Source: Octopus sinensis (Eukaryota). Taken from it: 64,000 bases of DNA. Within the stretch, counting starts at the first letter, position 1. Every line of letters starts with the position of its first letter. The stretch is from NCBI RefSeq assembly GCF_006345805.1, contig NC_043006.1:59706001-59770000 (forward strand), in the 5' to 3' direction. Shown piece by piece: positions 1 through 12,351 of this stretch. The translations under genes and the position numbers were made by a program. The notes below the pieces were generated by a model that worked only from the letters and a program-made list of their open reading frames with translations, had not been told where the DNA came from and did no database searches.

Positions 1-614
1 AAAACCTTACGGAGTTCAATAAAAGTGCAAAGAAATTTGTAAAGGGTAAATATAATATAAGAATTACGATTCGAAGAATATAAATAAGACCATTATACAT
101 AATTGTAATGCTAATCCTGACAACCTTCTTTTCATGCATAAGACCACAAGAAGAAAAGAAAAGAAAAAAAAAAAAAACAGGAAAGTAACAAAGATTCTAT
201 CGGCCCGTAAAATAGAAGCAGATGGAAGAAAACAAAAATAAAAAAGACGAAATGGGGTTAACTGAGTAATCCAACGTAGTTGAAAGGAAAATAGGATGAG
301 TTGTATGATACTTGTCTTGTGGAACAAAAATGTTATGAAGGCGGTTACAGTTACAACGGTGAGTTACCACTTTTGTAAAGCGGTGGTTTTACCACTTTTA
401 TAACGGGCTGAGATTATCTTATTTATATGGTGATTATTCTCCCGAGCAGACTTTCCTAAGGCCACGTCGGTTTGTCATCAATTTATAACGTTGTGTTGGA
501 TTATCGAGTTTAAAATGTTTTTGACTTGGCAAAGATAATAATTATAGATGTTTATTGAGTAGAAATCTATAGTGATAAACACGTCGCTTATAACTTAATT
601 ATAAGTATTATCAA

Positions 615-871
615 ATAAAAAATGCGCCCTTTTAAAGCCTTGATAGGCTCATGAGCCCGGTTTCCCGGTTTTCAATGGTGTATGTGTTTCCCAGCTGGAC
701 GGGACGCCGGTCCATCGCAGCGTTACTCCTTTTTGCTAGCTGAGTGGACTGGAGCAACGTGAAATGAAGTGTTTTGCTTAAGAACACAACGCGTCGCCCG
801 GTCCAGGAATCGAAACCACAACCTAACGATCATGATGCTGACACCCTAACCACTAAGCCACGCGCCTCCAC
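615..871 (-). mobile_element. tRNA-derived SINE with CORE-like and V-like domains
   Basis: Head GGCGCGTGGCTTAGTGG...GGTTTCGATTCC (A/B boxes), then TTGTGTTCTTAAGCAAAACACTT (CORE-like) and CTGCGATGGACCGGCGTCCCGTCCAG (V-like); imperfect flanking repeat ataagtatta/ataagtctta. Confidence 0.7.
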
Positions 872-1242
872 ATAAGTCTTAACTCAGGCTGCGTAAGCGC
901 CGTGATGAATTATATACACCAAGACGCTGAAACGTACGTGTATGTTGAAGATAAATAAGCTCGCTCTTTTTCACAGCTATAATAACAGTTCATAGTTACA
1001 GATATAAATCTCATTAAAAGGTTGAAGAGAATGAAGAAAGAGAAAGTATTTACTAAATTAGTTTATTTACGTACATTTAGAAGGCAAAGAAAATTGTCGT
1101 AGAGAGTTACGGCATAAAATTTATATGACTAATTCTTCCATACTAAGCTACTAGAGTTTTACACAATAATTGTATATTCGTCCTTTACCTCCTTATTGTC
1201 GAAGAATTCTATAAGGTGGTTGAAGTTCTTAATATCGGTTTT

Positions 1243-1668
1243 GGATCTTTTCGGTTTGAACGGCAGTTTTTTTTCTAGCGGTGTCATATGAAATTGTCAC
1301 CCATAATTATGACCCTAGTATCGATCTATTGCATTTCAATCTGTTTTAGGGTGAGGGTTAGTTAGGGTTAGGGGGAAGGGTATCTTTTTTTTCTTCAGAA
1401 ATGTAAATAAACCCAATCTGATTCTTAAACGAGGGACATATTCATACGGCACAGAATGTTTTCACCTCAATAGACGTCATTGATTGGTTGAAATTGCAGA
1501 AATTGAAGAAAAAAACAACAACAAATATCTTACAAACTATAGAATTTTCTCAATAAAGCCAAAAGAAAAATATGTTTTATAAACACATCCTACCAGTATA
1601 CGAAGTTTAAAAGTGTTTAGTTACGTGGAAATTATTTTTAAAAACTGCCGTTCAAACCGAAAAGATCC
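1243..1668. mobile_element. Non-autonomous GG-ended TIR element (MITE)
   Basis: Perfect ~29-bp TIRs GGATCTTTTCGGTTTGAACGGCAGTTTTT; short internal TTAGGG-like run near 1345-1372. Confidence 0.85.
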
Positions 1669-3222
1669 ATTCGTCCTTTGCCTCATTATTGTCGAAGAAT
1701 TCTATAAGGTGGTTGAAGTTCTTAATATCGGTTTTTAGTTCTGTGAGATTTGGAGTGGGTGTCGGGTTAAATTTGAAACCTTTTAGTAGGAGACTCATTA
1801 CATTTTCGTTGAGGTCTCTATTTGATGAATTTATAATTTTAGGCTTTATGTGTTTTGTAGGTTAATTAGGAACTTCTGTTGTATCGGCTCCTGAGCGCGG
1901 TAGTAGTATTTTCTGTCTAAAAATTGATTTGTGTTGTTACGTCTCCAATTTCTAAATCTGGGGTTCATGCTCCGTTGTGAGTGAGGGAAAGGTTCATGTT
2001 TTCTGTATATATTTCGTTGTCCATAGTAGTTGTCTTCTTCCCATCTACGTTTGTTGGACCGTGTAGGATTGGTGGTCAGATATCGTGGGTTTCTTGAGTT
2101 TTTATTATAAGTTTTTTATAATATAGTCTGTGTTATTTGTTCCTCACTTGTCTTTCGTCCCATGCGTTCATCCATCTAGGTCGTCCAGTATTATGGGTTA
2201 ATGGTTGGCTGTATTTTGCTTGTCTTCCTTCCCATGTGTTCCTCCATCCAGAATATTTGACTGATGGTTGTTTTTTTATATTCTGTGCGTTTGTTCCTCA
2301 CAGTATGAAGGTTTGGTATTGTAGAGTACAGGTTTCTAATCTGTATTTGAGATGAGCGGAGGTTGCCACCGCATATGTTTTTAGATGTCTGAGGTTCAAT
2401 ATTCTTGTTTCGATCTTCTGAGATCGAAAAAAAAAACATATTAAATTCTAATCAAGCAAGTTTGACCACACTGATACAAAAGCCACGCTTCCTTTACCCA
2501 CCCCCGCACTCAAACTTTTTCTTCTTTCATTTCCTTTCCTCTGCAAACCCCACAAACACTCCTACTTTCTTTTTTCTTCTCTATCTTCACTATCTCCTCC
2601 TCTCGCTCTGCACCTTCCTTTCTAATTTGTTCCTCTTTCCCCCTCCCCCCTCTCTCTCTTTCTGAAGCATCATCAGTTTCAATTTTATATAAAAAGGTGA
2701 AGCAAACTTATTATAAACTACTTTTTTGATAAATCCGATAACAGAAGAAAGCGCTAAAATGTAAATAAAAATATGTATAATCATCCAATATTCTGACTAC
2801 CTTATTCTCAATATATATATATATATATATATACATACATATGGGTGCTTCTTTGTGTCCGTGTTTGTACCCCACCATCGCTTGACAACCGGTGTTGGTG
2901 TGTTTATCTCACCGTAACCTAGCAGTTAGGCAAAACAGAACGATAGAATAAGTACTAGGCTTTAAACGATAAGTCCTGGAGTCGATTCATTCGACAAAAA
3001 AAATTCTTCAAGGCGGTGCCCCAGCATGGTCGTAGTGTAATGCCTGAAACAAGTAAAAGAGAAAAGATAAAAGCTGTATGAATGTATGTAAATATATTAT
3101 GTGTGTATATACGTATGTATGCACGTTTGTATATATGTGTGTGTGTATGAATGTATGTGCTTATGTATATATATATATTATATATATATGTTTAAAAAAG
3201 GAGATGTGGAACACGAGTTGTG

Positions 3223-3366
3223 ATATATAAAAAAGGAAATGAAGAAAATGCTGACAAAATAATTTAAGTAATTTAAGTAATTTAATTAGGTGAAAGAACT
3301 TTCACCTTTTACTTAAATTACTTAAATTATTTTGTCAGCATTTTCTTCATTTCCTTTTTTATATAT
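3223..3366. repeat. Perfect 57-bp inverted repeat in (TA)n context
   Basis: 3223-3279 is the reverse complement of 3310-3366; inner hairpin aggtgaaag-aa-ctttcacct. Confidence 0.9.
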
Positions 3367-3649
3367 ATATATATACATTCTAGTGCACTTTTTATCCTGT
3401 TTTTAAACTCTATTCATCATCAACATCATCAACGACGACTGTTATGAAGCAAAGTGAAAGCAAGCACACGAGATTAATTTTGACTATTTTTCTTTTATTT
3501 TTCTTTTATTTTGTTTCAGTCATTTGACTGCGACCATGCTGGAGCACTGCCTTTAGTCGAGCAAACCGACTAAATAATTTTGCTTGTCCCTCCGTTGATA
3601 AGTTAGCACATGCATTACGCTCTGTTGGGCGGTTATTACTGCAAGTCAA

Positions 3650-4117
3650 GGCGGCGAGTTGGCAGAAACACGCCGGGCGAAATGCTTAGCGGTATTTCGT
3701 CTGGCGGCGAGCTGGCAGAAACGTTAGCGTGCCGGGCGAAATGCTTAGCCGTATTTCGTCTGCAGCTACGTTCTGAGTTCAAATTCCGCTGAGGTCGACT
3801 TTGCCTTTCATCCTTTCGGGGTCGATAAATTAAGTACCAGTTACGCACTGGGGTCGATGTAATCGACTTAATACCTATGTCTGTCCTTGTTTGTCCCCTC
3901 TATGTTTAGCCCCTTGTGGGTAATAAAGAAATAGGTATTTCGTCTGCCGTTACGTTCTGAGTTCAAATTCCGCTGAGGTCGACTTTGCCTTTCATCCTTT
4001 CGAGGTCGATAAATTAAGTACCAGTTACGCACTGGGGTCGATGTAATCGACTTAATCCGTTTGTCTGTCCTTGTTTGTCCTCTCTGCGTTTAGCCCCTTG
4101 TGGGTAATAAAGAAATA
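3650..4117 (+). mobile_element. Two nested tRNA-derived SINEs with Nin/Deu-like domain
   Basis: Inner copy 3704-3933 is flanked by TSD GGTATTTCGTCTG (3691-3703, 3934-3946); domain GCCTTTCATCCTTTCGGGGTCGATAAATTAAGTACCAG. Confidence 0.85.
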
Positions 4118-5525
4118 GGTATTTCTTCAAATTCCACTGAGGTCAACTTTTCCTTTACTCCCGTCGGGATCGATAAAATAAGTATCAGTCGAACATTAGA
4201 GTCAGTGTATTCAACTAACTCGCTCCCCCAAAATTTCAGGCCTTGTGCCTATAGTACAATGGATTACTATCAGAGAATTATGGTCGTACTGGCAGAAAAC
4301 TTCCTTCCGTCACTACCTAGATAGGCAGTATGTGGCCATATTTAACTATTTGGCCTTTTTTGACCTGCTGCTGTAAATTCCGAAATTGTGGCTATCAAAT
4401 AACTTATTTCTTCTATGCCTCATTTAAATGAAATGCGAATGCACCACTGACCATTCAGATATGCATATACGTATGCATAAATGCATATTTGTAAAAATCT
4501 ATTAGATAGCCGTTGACTCACCTGAATTAAATCTGTGGCATGTACATATAGTTGATTTTATTTATTTATTCTCAAACATGTCGTTGTTTCCGGTATTTAT
4601 TTTGCGTGACTAATTATAGAAGTCACTCAGTGTTTACTTGTTTCTTGGGTTGATAAAATAAGTATTTAACAATTCATAAGGTTCAATATAATCCTTTGTA
4701 CCCATCACATACAAAAATTTGTCCTCTTGGCAGTCACTATTCAACATTCATTGAACCAAACTTGATTTGTGTTTAAACCTGTGTCTTTTATGTTATGTCC
4801 ATCAACCAGTAGTGTCACATATAGAACAATACTTATTGCAGATATTTCTTGACATTTCTCTTGCCGTCACTCTTTTAAGTAATCTTGGCGCTCATTGTTC
4901 ATTCACGAACAATCTGTATAAGTTTATATCTGGTAATGCGTTGGTGAGACTTAAAAATACCGAAGAATATTCGAAATTTCCACCATACTAAGAAACAGCG
5001 GAATCACCCTCGGTTCTATACTATTATTGATAAATTATTTCTTTCATTTCAAATTCTGGGGTTATCTTCCCTGTCTTTCTTGACCAGAACGAATCATTAT
5101 AGTTCTTTTATTCTTTTACTTGTTTCAGTCAGTTGCCCGCGGCCATGTTGGAGCATCACTTTTAGTCGAACAAATCGACCCCAAGACTTATTCTTTGTAC
5201 TTATCTTTTTCCTACTCTTTTGCTGAACCGCTATTTTACGGGAACATAAACACACCAACATCGGTTGTCAAGTGATGATGGTCGACGGGCTTCTTTCAGT
5301 TTCCATCTACCAAATCCACTCACAAGGCTTTGTGCGACCCGAGGCTATAGTATAAGACATTTGCCCAAGGTGCCACACTATGGGACTGAAACCGGAACCA
5401 TGTTGCTGGGAAACAAGCTACTTACCAACACAGCCACGCCATGATTTTCATTTTCATCCTCGCTCCGAGTGTAGTTTTAATTTAATAAAATGCCTTGATT
5501 TAGTATATCAGGAAAATAAGCGGTA

Positions 5526-5703
5526 GGTGCAAGAGTGGCTGTGTGGTAAGTAGCTTGCTTACCAACCACATGGTTCAGTCCCACTGCGCGGCACCTTGGG
5601 CAAGTGTCTTCTACTATAGCCTTGGGCCGACCAAAGCCTTGTGAGTGGATTTGGTAAACGGAAACTGAAAGAAGCCCGTCGTATATATATATATATATAT
5701 ATA

Positions 5704-5778
<75 letters not shown>

Positions 5779-7660
5779 TCCCCCACCCAACCCATAGTCG
5801 CTTGACAACCGATGCTGGTGTGCTTACGTCCCCGTAACTTAGCGGTTCGGCAAAAGAGACCGATAGAATAAGTACTAGACTTACAAGGAATAAGTCCTGG
5901 GGTCAATTTACTCGACTGAAGGCGGTGCTCGGATCTTTTCTTTTTGAAAGCCAGATTTTTCAAATTTTTCTAGTTAACTAAATAATTTGAAACTTCGTAT
6001 ACTGGTAGAATGTGTCAAAAGAAAACAATGATTTCAACTAGTTTTTTTGACAAAAATGTATTTTATAAGTTTATACGTAGTTTAAATCTGCGAATTTTAA
6101 CCAATCGTATTCTCTGTATTCAGTTGATATTATTTGCTCCGTCTAAACATATTGTTACTGTGACGTAAACAGCACACACGTACTGTTTACTTTGGATGAA
6201 TAATAAACACATATTCAGTGTTTTTGTATAGGCTTCGTGTGTTTTCTCTATACAATGTATATATTTACTATAAACTTGTGCACACGCTTTGATTCTTCAG
6301 TTTGACACACGACTTGAACCGGTTATTTGGCTTGTATGCACCCACATACACACACGTACCCATCCATACGCATACTCGCACATAATCAGGGCCCCTCTGC
6401 ATTTTCGCTCGTCGATGTGCTAGGAATAACACCCAAATCCCCTTAAAACCATATACTACTGGGTTAAAGGAAGAGTACATTGGCTAATATAATCATAGAT
6501 GCTATATCTGAAAAAAAGGGGGGGGCGCAAAAATACGGGTTGGTCATAGTTGGAACCCTTTGATCCTCAACCGGGTTTATCAGGATGACCTGAGTTAAAT
6601 AGCAATAACAATATATTTGTAATATTGATTATAGACACAGAGCATATATTTTGGGGTGAGTGGAGGGTATAATCATTTATATCGATCTCCAATACTTGAT
6701 CGATGTATTTTCTCGACCGTGGAAGAACAGACGGCTTGTTTTGAATTCCGGTGAGGGTTGAAACCCGAACGTATAGGACCGTATCCCTAAACATTCTAAC
6801 AGTCCTTTACCAAGCCCTTGTCAGCATGTAATATCATCTGATCCACATTATCTCTCTATTATTTGTCCACGCGTAAAAATATATCATCAAGGTGACATAG
6901 TTAAACTTCGACGAAAAATATAATGTAAAGCTGGCAGAATCGGTAGTGCATCGGATAAAATGCCTAGCGTCATTTCTTACGAATCTTTACGTTCCGTGTT
7001 CGAATATTGCTGAGCTTTCCCTTCTTTCGGGCGGTGCTTATAGAATAAGTACCAGTTGAATACAATCGACTAGTTCTTCCCATCAGCTTCAGGCCTTGTA
7101 CTTACTGGGGAAAGAAATATTATTAAGGAAGGGGGTGGGTAGTTAAAATGTTTTAAAACGTGGATTTTTCAGAAAAATAAGATTTAATGCGAATTACATG
7201 TATTTTAGAGTGACGAAAATTACCGAAACCCCTCCAAAAATTTACCATCGAAATTTCATTTTATTCTCGACAGCTATTTCGAAAGCCCGCCGTATTTTTA
7301 TTATTATTCTGTCTGTTTAGGACTTTGTTATATGGGACGGTGATGTTTATATTTTAGATACGTTAACTACGTCACAAAATAGCTGTTTACGTCACAGTAA
7401 CAATATTTTGAGAAGCAGTAAATAATATGAGGCCGAAAGAAAGAATATCATTGGTTAAAATTCGAATTTTTAAACAAGGTTAAACTTAGAAATTACAATT
7501 CCGTTTTCATTTTGGTTTACAATTATGTTTTCTTTTGACACATTCTACCAGTATACGAAGTTTCAAATTGTTTAGTTAACTAGGAAAATCTGGCTTTCAA
7601 AAGGAAAAGATCCCGGTGCTCCAGCATGGTCGCAGTCAAATGACTGAAATAAGTAAAAGG
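5526..7660 (+). mobile_element. CORE-type tRNA SINE with internal (TA)n(TG)n, split by a TIR element
   Basis: Head GAGTGGCTGTGTGGTAAG...CCTTGGGCAAGTGTCTT; the 3' part is interrupted at 5930 and resumes at 7614. Confidence 0.85.
5931..7613. mobile_element. GG-ended TIR element, 8-bp TSD (Merlin- or MULE-like), non-coding
   Basis: Termini GGATCTTTTC...GAAAAGATCC, ~240-bp degenerate TIRs, TSD CGGTGCTC at 5923-5930 and 7614-7621. Confidence 0.85.
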
Positions 7661-8710
7661 GTAAAACCCGGAGCCATGTGGTTGGTAAGCAAGCTACTTA
7701 CCACACTGCGCCTAGATGAAAATCTCTTTTTCTTTTTATCATGCACTGTTATATGCACTTTGAAAGGGGGTCGATTTCATAAAAAGAATGCAATAAATAC
7801 CACTTAGCAACAGCTTCCACTCACTTTTAAAAAGCCACACGAGCGCAATATCATCTTGTTTAACTTGCCTTTTAGTCTAAGTTTAACGTCCAATACTGTT
7901 TAATACAAAATCTCAAGAATTTCATTTCTGGTATAACCAAAACCAAAGACTCGAGATTATACAAACAGTATTCCATGAGATAACTCTAATATAAATGCCC
8001 TTTTGACAGTAAATGCTTCAACAAGGAAGCATTTACTGTTTCAAAAAGAAGTTTACTCACTAAAGCAAATAAACCTATTTAAGCTGAATAGTACGTACCT
8101 AGATGAGTAAACATACACAGTATAGATATTGTTTTAGACACGCAGAGAGAAGAAACTCCACCTCCATCTTCATTTTATATATTCTTTATTATTAGAGAGA
8201 GAGAGAGAGAGAGAGAGGGGAAGCTATAAATAAATCTTTGCAATAAAACCAGCTGGAAATATAAATTTTAGGAAATAAGTTAGCATGACGTAGTTTTGTA
8301 AACTTTTTTTTTCTTTTTGAAAGCAAGATAATACGTTTTCACATTCAGTTCGATTCTCTTCATCACACACATACACACACACACACACACACCTTTGTGC
8401 TCCACTTACAAACCTATCCAGGTTTTATGAAGTATTTCAGCACCTCTCAATTGGCAGACAGCTGCTTCTACCCTATCAGCTTGTAACGGCGGAAGATTTT
8501 GTTTAGGTACACAATATTATGAAATGTCGGTAGTCACCAATTGTAATGGCTTTAATTTTTTATTTTGGTGTGGTTACCAATTGTAACGGTACAAATTGAT
8601 TTGTAATTAATAATATGAAATTGTCGGTGGAAGGAGTGGTAACGATAATAATTTGTGGTTATATTTGCATACTGTAGGATGGGAAAGAACAAAGTGCATG
8701 AAGTTTTACC

Positions 8711-8943
8711 TATTTCTTTATTACCCACAAGGGGCTAAACACAGAGGGGACAAACAAGTACAGACATAGGTATTAAGTCGATTATGTCGACCCCAGTGCG
8801 TAACTGGTACTTAATTTATCGACCCCGAAAGGGATGAAAGGCAAAGTCGACCTCGGCGGAATTTGAACTCACAACGTAACGCAGACGAAATACCGCTAAG
8901 CATTTCGCCCGGCGTGCTAACGTTTCTGCCAGCTCGCCGCCTT
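8711..8943 (-). mobile_element. Full-length Nin/Deu-like SINE
   Basis: 17-bp TSD GTGCATGAAGTTTTACC at 8694-8710 and 8944-8960. Confidence 0.9.
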
Positions 8944-10439
8944 GTGCATGAAGTTTTACCGTTACGTTACAATACCTTGCCTCGACGGGCAGGTTTTGAT
9001 ACATCCAAAAGCATGCGAAGAAAAGTTTGTTAGTGTCCTCTTCATTGTTTAGTAGTAGTAATTACTGAGAGAGATAGAATGATGTTGTAAGAGAACAGAA
9101 TTAGAGCTAGAGAGAATTGTTGGGTGTTGTCTCACAGTTGCTTTCTCCCTCTGACCAAGGTTGGTCAGCCAGACCTCGTTGAGTCGTCACCGGTTGGTGA
9201 CTAACTGATTTTTGCTTGTATAACTATCCAGAAGGATAGACATATCATTCAGAACAATAGATTTAGTTGGTGGACTTGTTATCTCTATTCCAGCTTTTGG
9301 TGAAGTAGAAGAGGTTAGAAAGGGTCAAGTGGTGAAGATATTATTTCGGCCTAGCTAAAGGCATCTGGAAAATGTAAAACTGCTGTCAGAGAAAAACTAA
9401 TGTTCCATCGTGGGAAAAGTTCTGTAGCAGTGTAATTTAAATTTGGCTATGGTGGATCGAATCCACTTCATGCATGCAAGATTCGCTACAAGCTACCAAC
9501 CAGCGAGCCAACTTGTCACTACCACTACAGTTACCGTATTTCCCGGTGTATAAGCCGCTATATTTATCTGGAAAATTTAGTGTGCGGTTTATAGAAAGGT
9601 GCACCTGATATGTATACTTTTTTATAAGTTTCAGGAAGAAAATAATTTGTGTATGGAGATCTGATTCCACTCAGGAAAGGTCGGTTGATGAACAACGTGA
9701 AAGACTACAGCTACAGTACATTGATGCCTGAAAGAAAACAGAGCACATTTGTTTTGTTTTACCTTCATGTTTTGATAATGTTATTTATAATCTAATAAAG
9801 GCTTTTATATTGACAAAATGTATTTGATGTTGATTATAGTAAGATAAAATCATGACAATAACAATACATCTCATAGTTGTAAAATAAGGCATTTTGAAAC
9901 TACATACACGTCAACAACAAAAAAACTAGCTGCGGACCCGTAGTTCAATAGGTCTTTTAAACACCGATGCGCTTTATGTGCGGATAAAACCAAAATTTTC
10001 CCCAAAATTCGGCCCTGCGGCTTAAATAACGATGTCGGGCAACGAATCAATATATGTAAATAATATTTCTTCCTTCTTGGTGTTGATTCTTCGATGTTTA
10101 CTGATTACACCGACGCGTGAACCAAAAAAAGAAGCATGTATTATGCAACACAGGCAGTAAACAAAAATGAAATAGAAGAAAGTGGTAACATTTAGTAAAG
10201 GTGAACCAGAAATTATTCCTCTGTGACTACTATTGCAAACACCAGTAGCTTTCTTCAAGTGAATACACGTCGTTGATTGGTTAAAATTACCCAAATACGA
10301 CAACTTTAACACGAAATAACTTCTAAAATACGAAATTCTGTCAAAAATGTTGAAAGTAAACCGAGTTCTGCGTGAGAAATTACATCAGTATATGGAGTTT
10401 CAGACTGTTTAGTTTTTAAAAAAATAATTAAAAAGTCTG

Positions 10440-10795
10440 TGAGCCAAACTGAATAAATCCATTCAAAGTGCTCCAGCCTTTGGAATGTCATCCTTGCTGT
10501 ATGATGGAAGAACATCTTTCGTTTTGAAACCAAAGACGGTCGTATTTCTTCGAGCGATGACTTGAACGACTGGTTAAATGACCAAATCCAACTATCTCTG
10601 CTAGTTCCTCAACAGTTACGATGGTATTCTGATCCCCCAAAAGGGTTTGCTGGACGTCTCGTCGAGCTATACAGATCTTCCAAGACGAGGCTCGTTTTCT
10701 AGGCTGTATTTCCGGCTCGGAATTTCTGGAACCACCGTTGACACTGGCATACGCTTATTGTCCAATCCTCATATACTGTATTAATATTGCTCGCA
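10440..10795 (-). mobile_element. Mariner transposase remnant (N-terminal HTH)
   Basis: Minus strand reads INTVYEDWTISVCQCQRWFQKFRAG...TVEELAE, with stops and frameshifts. Confidence 0.7.
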
Positions 10796-11059
10796 TATAT
10801 ATGTGTATATATGTGTACACACACTCATATATACATTCTTATACACACATATGTTCAGTATACACGTAAATATGTATAATACAAACACGAGTAAAGTTAA
10901 GACGTGTCATACCCATTCATACTGACACATACCTTAAACTTTTTGTAATACAATAACTAAATCAACTTAATTTTCAAAAATATTTATCGCCTTATCCTTC
11001 CACGTACAGTTTTCCAATATTAACCAATGTATATAACTGCTTGCATTTATGTCAAGTTA

Positions 11060-11460
11060 TATATATATGAGAGATATTGGTATCTAGAAAGCCCAAAGAG
11101 TGGCAGGTAATGCTAAGTAAGTGCTATGGACAGACCGTTGTTAAACTCTTGGTTCGATAGTGATACGAGTGAGGAGTCTAATGTGGATCTTGTATTAGAA
11201 TATATATATTAGACAAAATGAGATAACAAAGCCAAGGCTGTGAGTAGTTTTCAGGACATTTATAAGGAAAAAGATATAGATATAATCTTACAGCTGTTTC
11301 AGGGATATTATGGATATCCTTTCATCAGAGACGATGTGAGATGGTTAAATAGAGGTAAATATTTGAGTTCGAAATTAGGAATTATTATTGAAAAGGAGAA
11401 AGAGAATATAGAGGGAAATAAGAGAATAAAAGTAGAAATAAAATATAAAATATAATACCG
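11060..11460 (-). mobile_element. Probable Penelope-like pseudo-LTR or retrozyme-type remnant
   Basis: AT-rich insert starting at a (TA)n tract and containing the intact hammerhead; boundaries approximate. Confidence 0.45.
11285..11332 (-). ncRNA. Minimal type-I hammerhead ribozyme motif, intact core
   Basis: Minus strand: gtct-CTGATGA-aaggatat(ccata)atatccct-GAAA-cagctg-TA|agat. All core nucleotides present, stem II 7/8 paired, palindromic ACAGCTGT stem III. Confidence 0.8.
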
Positions 11461-11764
11461 GACCAGTCAGCCATTCAAGAATGCACTCAGAGGAGATCAT
11501 CTGCTACCAACTCAATTACAGACCAACTTTCAGCCGCAAAGTGACAACAAAGCTGAGAGAAAATAAATTAAAGTGGTGCTCCACCATGGCTGCACCCTCC
11601 CAGCCAAATCGTTCTGGGTTCAGTCCCACTGCGTGGCACCTTGGGCAAGTATCTTCCACTATAGCCTCGAGCTGCCCAAAGCCTTGTCGGAGGATTTGGT
11701 AGAGGGAAACTGAAAGAAGCTCGTCAAATGTGTGTGTGTCTTTTTGTGTCTTTATCCCCCTCTT

Positions 11765-12005
11765 GACAATAGATGGTGAGTACTATGCCAACTTGCTGAG
11801 GCAGATACGAAAGGCTGCAAAGATCAAACACCCTGGAAAACTGACAAAAGGGATCTTGTTCCATCAGGACAATGCTCCAGCACACCAGTCCCTGGTTTCA
11901 ATGGCTGATGTTGTATGACTGTGGCTTTGATTGGTTGATCATTTTCTCTGTTCTTCTAACTTGGCCCCATCTAACTATCATCTGCTCCCGAACATGAAAA
12001 AACAC
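11765..12005 (+). mobile_element. Mariner transposase remnant (catalytic region)
   Basis: YYANLLRQIRKA...GILFHQDNAPAH, then a degenerate SxDLAPxDYHL-like motif. Confidence 0.8.
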
Positions 12006-12351
12006 TAGAGAGAGGGGGGGAGAGAAAAGTAAAGAAAGAGAGAGAGAAAACAAGTGAGACGCCGGACCTCTGCTTTTTTTTGTCTCTATGTCCCTCTCTA
12101 TCTGGTTGCATATGTGTCTCTCTCACTACCTCTACCTCTTTTTCTCTTTATAGAAAAACACGTGACACAGATGGAAAGGGGGTTAGGGAGAAAAAACAAG
12201 TGAGACAGAGTGGGGAAGAGATAGAAGACAGACATATATATAAAAGAAAAAAGTTTAAAACAATGTACATGCTGAAGTTTTGTAAATGTTTTATAATTTT
12301 CGTACAATACATTTCTCTGTTATTATCTACATTACTTTCTGTATTTAGATA

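Noticed and set aside
1345-1372. TTAGGG-like telomeric run
   Set aside because: Only 3-4 imperfect units inside a MITE; not an interstitial telomere.
8099-8173. Signal-peptide-like first coding exon MKMEVEFLLSACLKQYLYCVCLLI
   Set aside because: The frame ends in TAG right at the putative donor, so it cannot continue into a protein.
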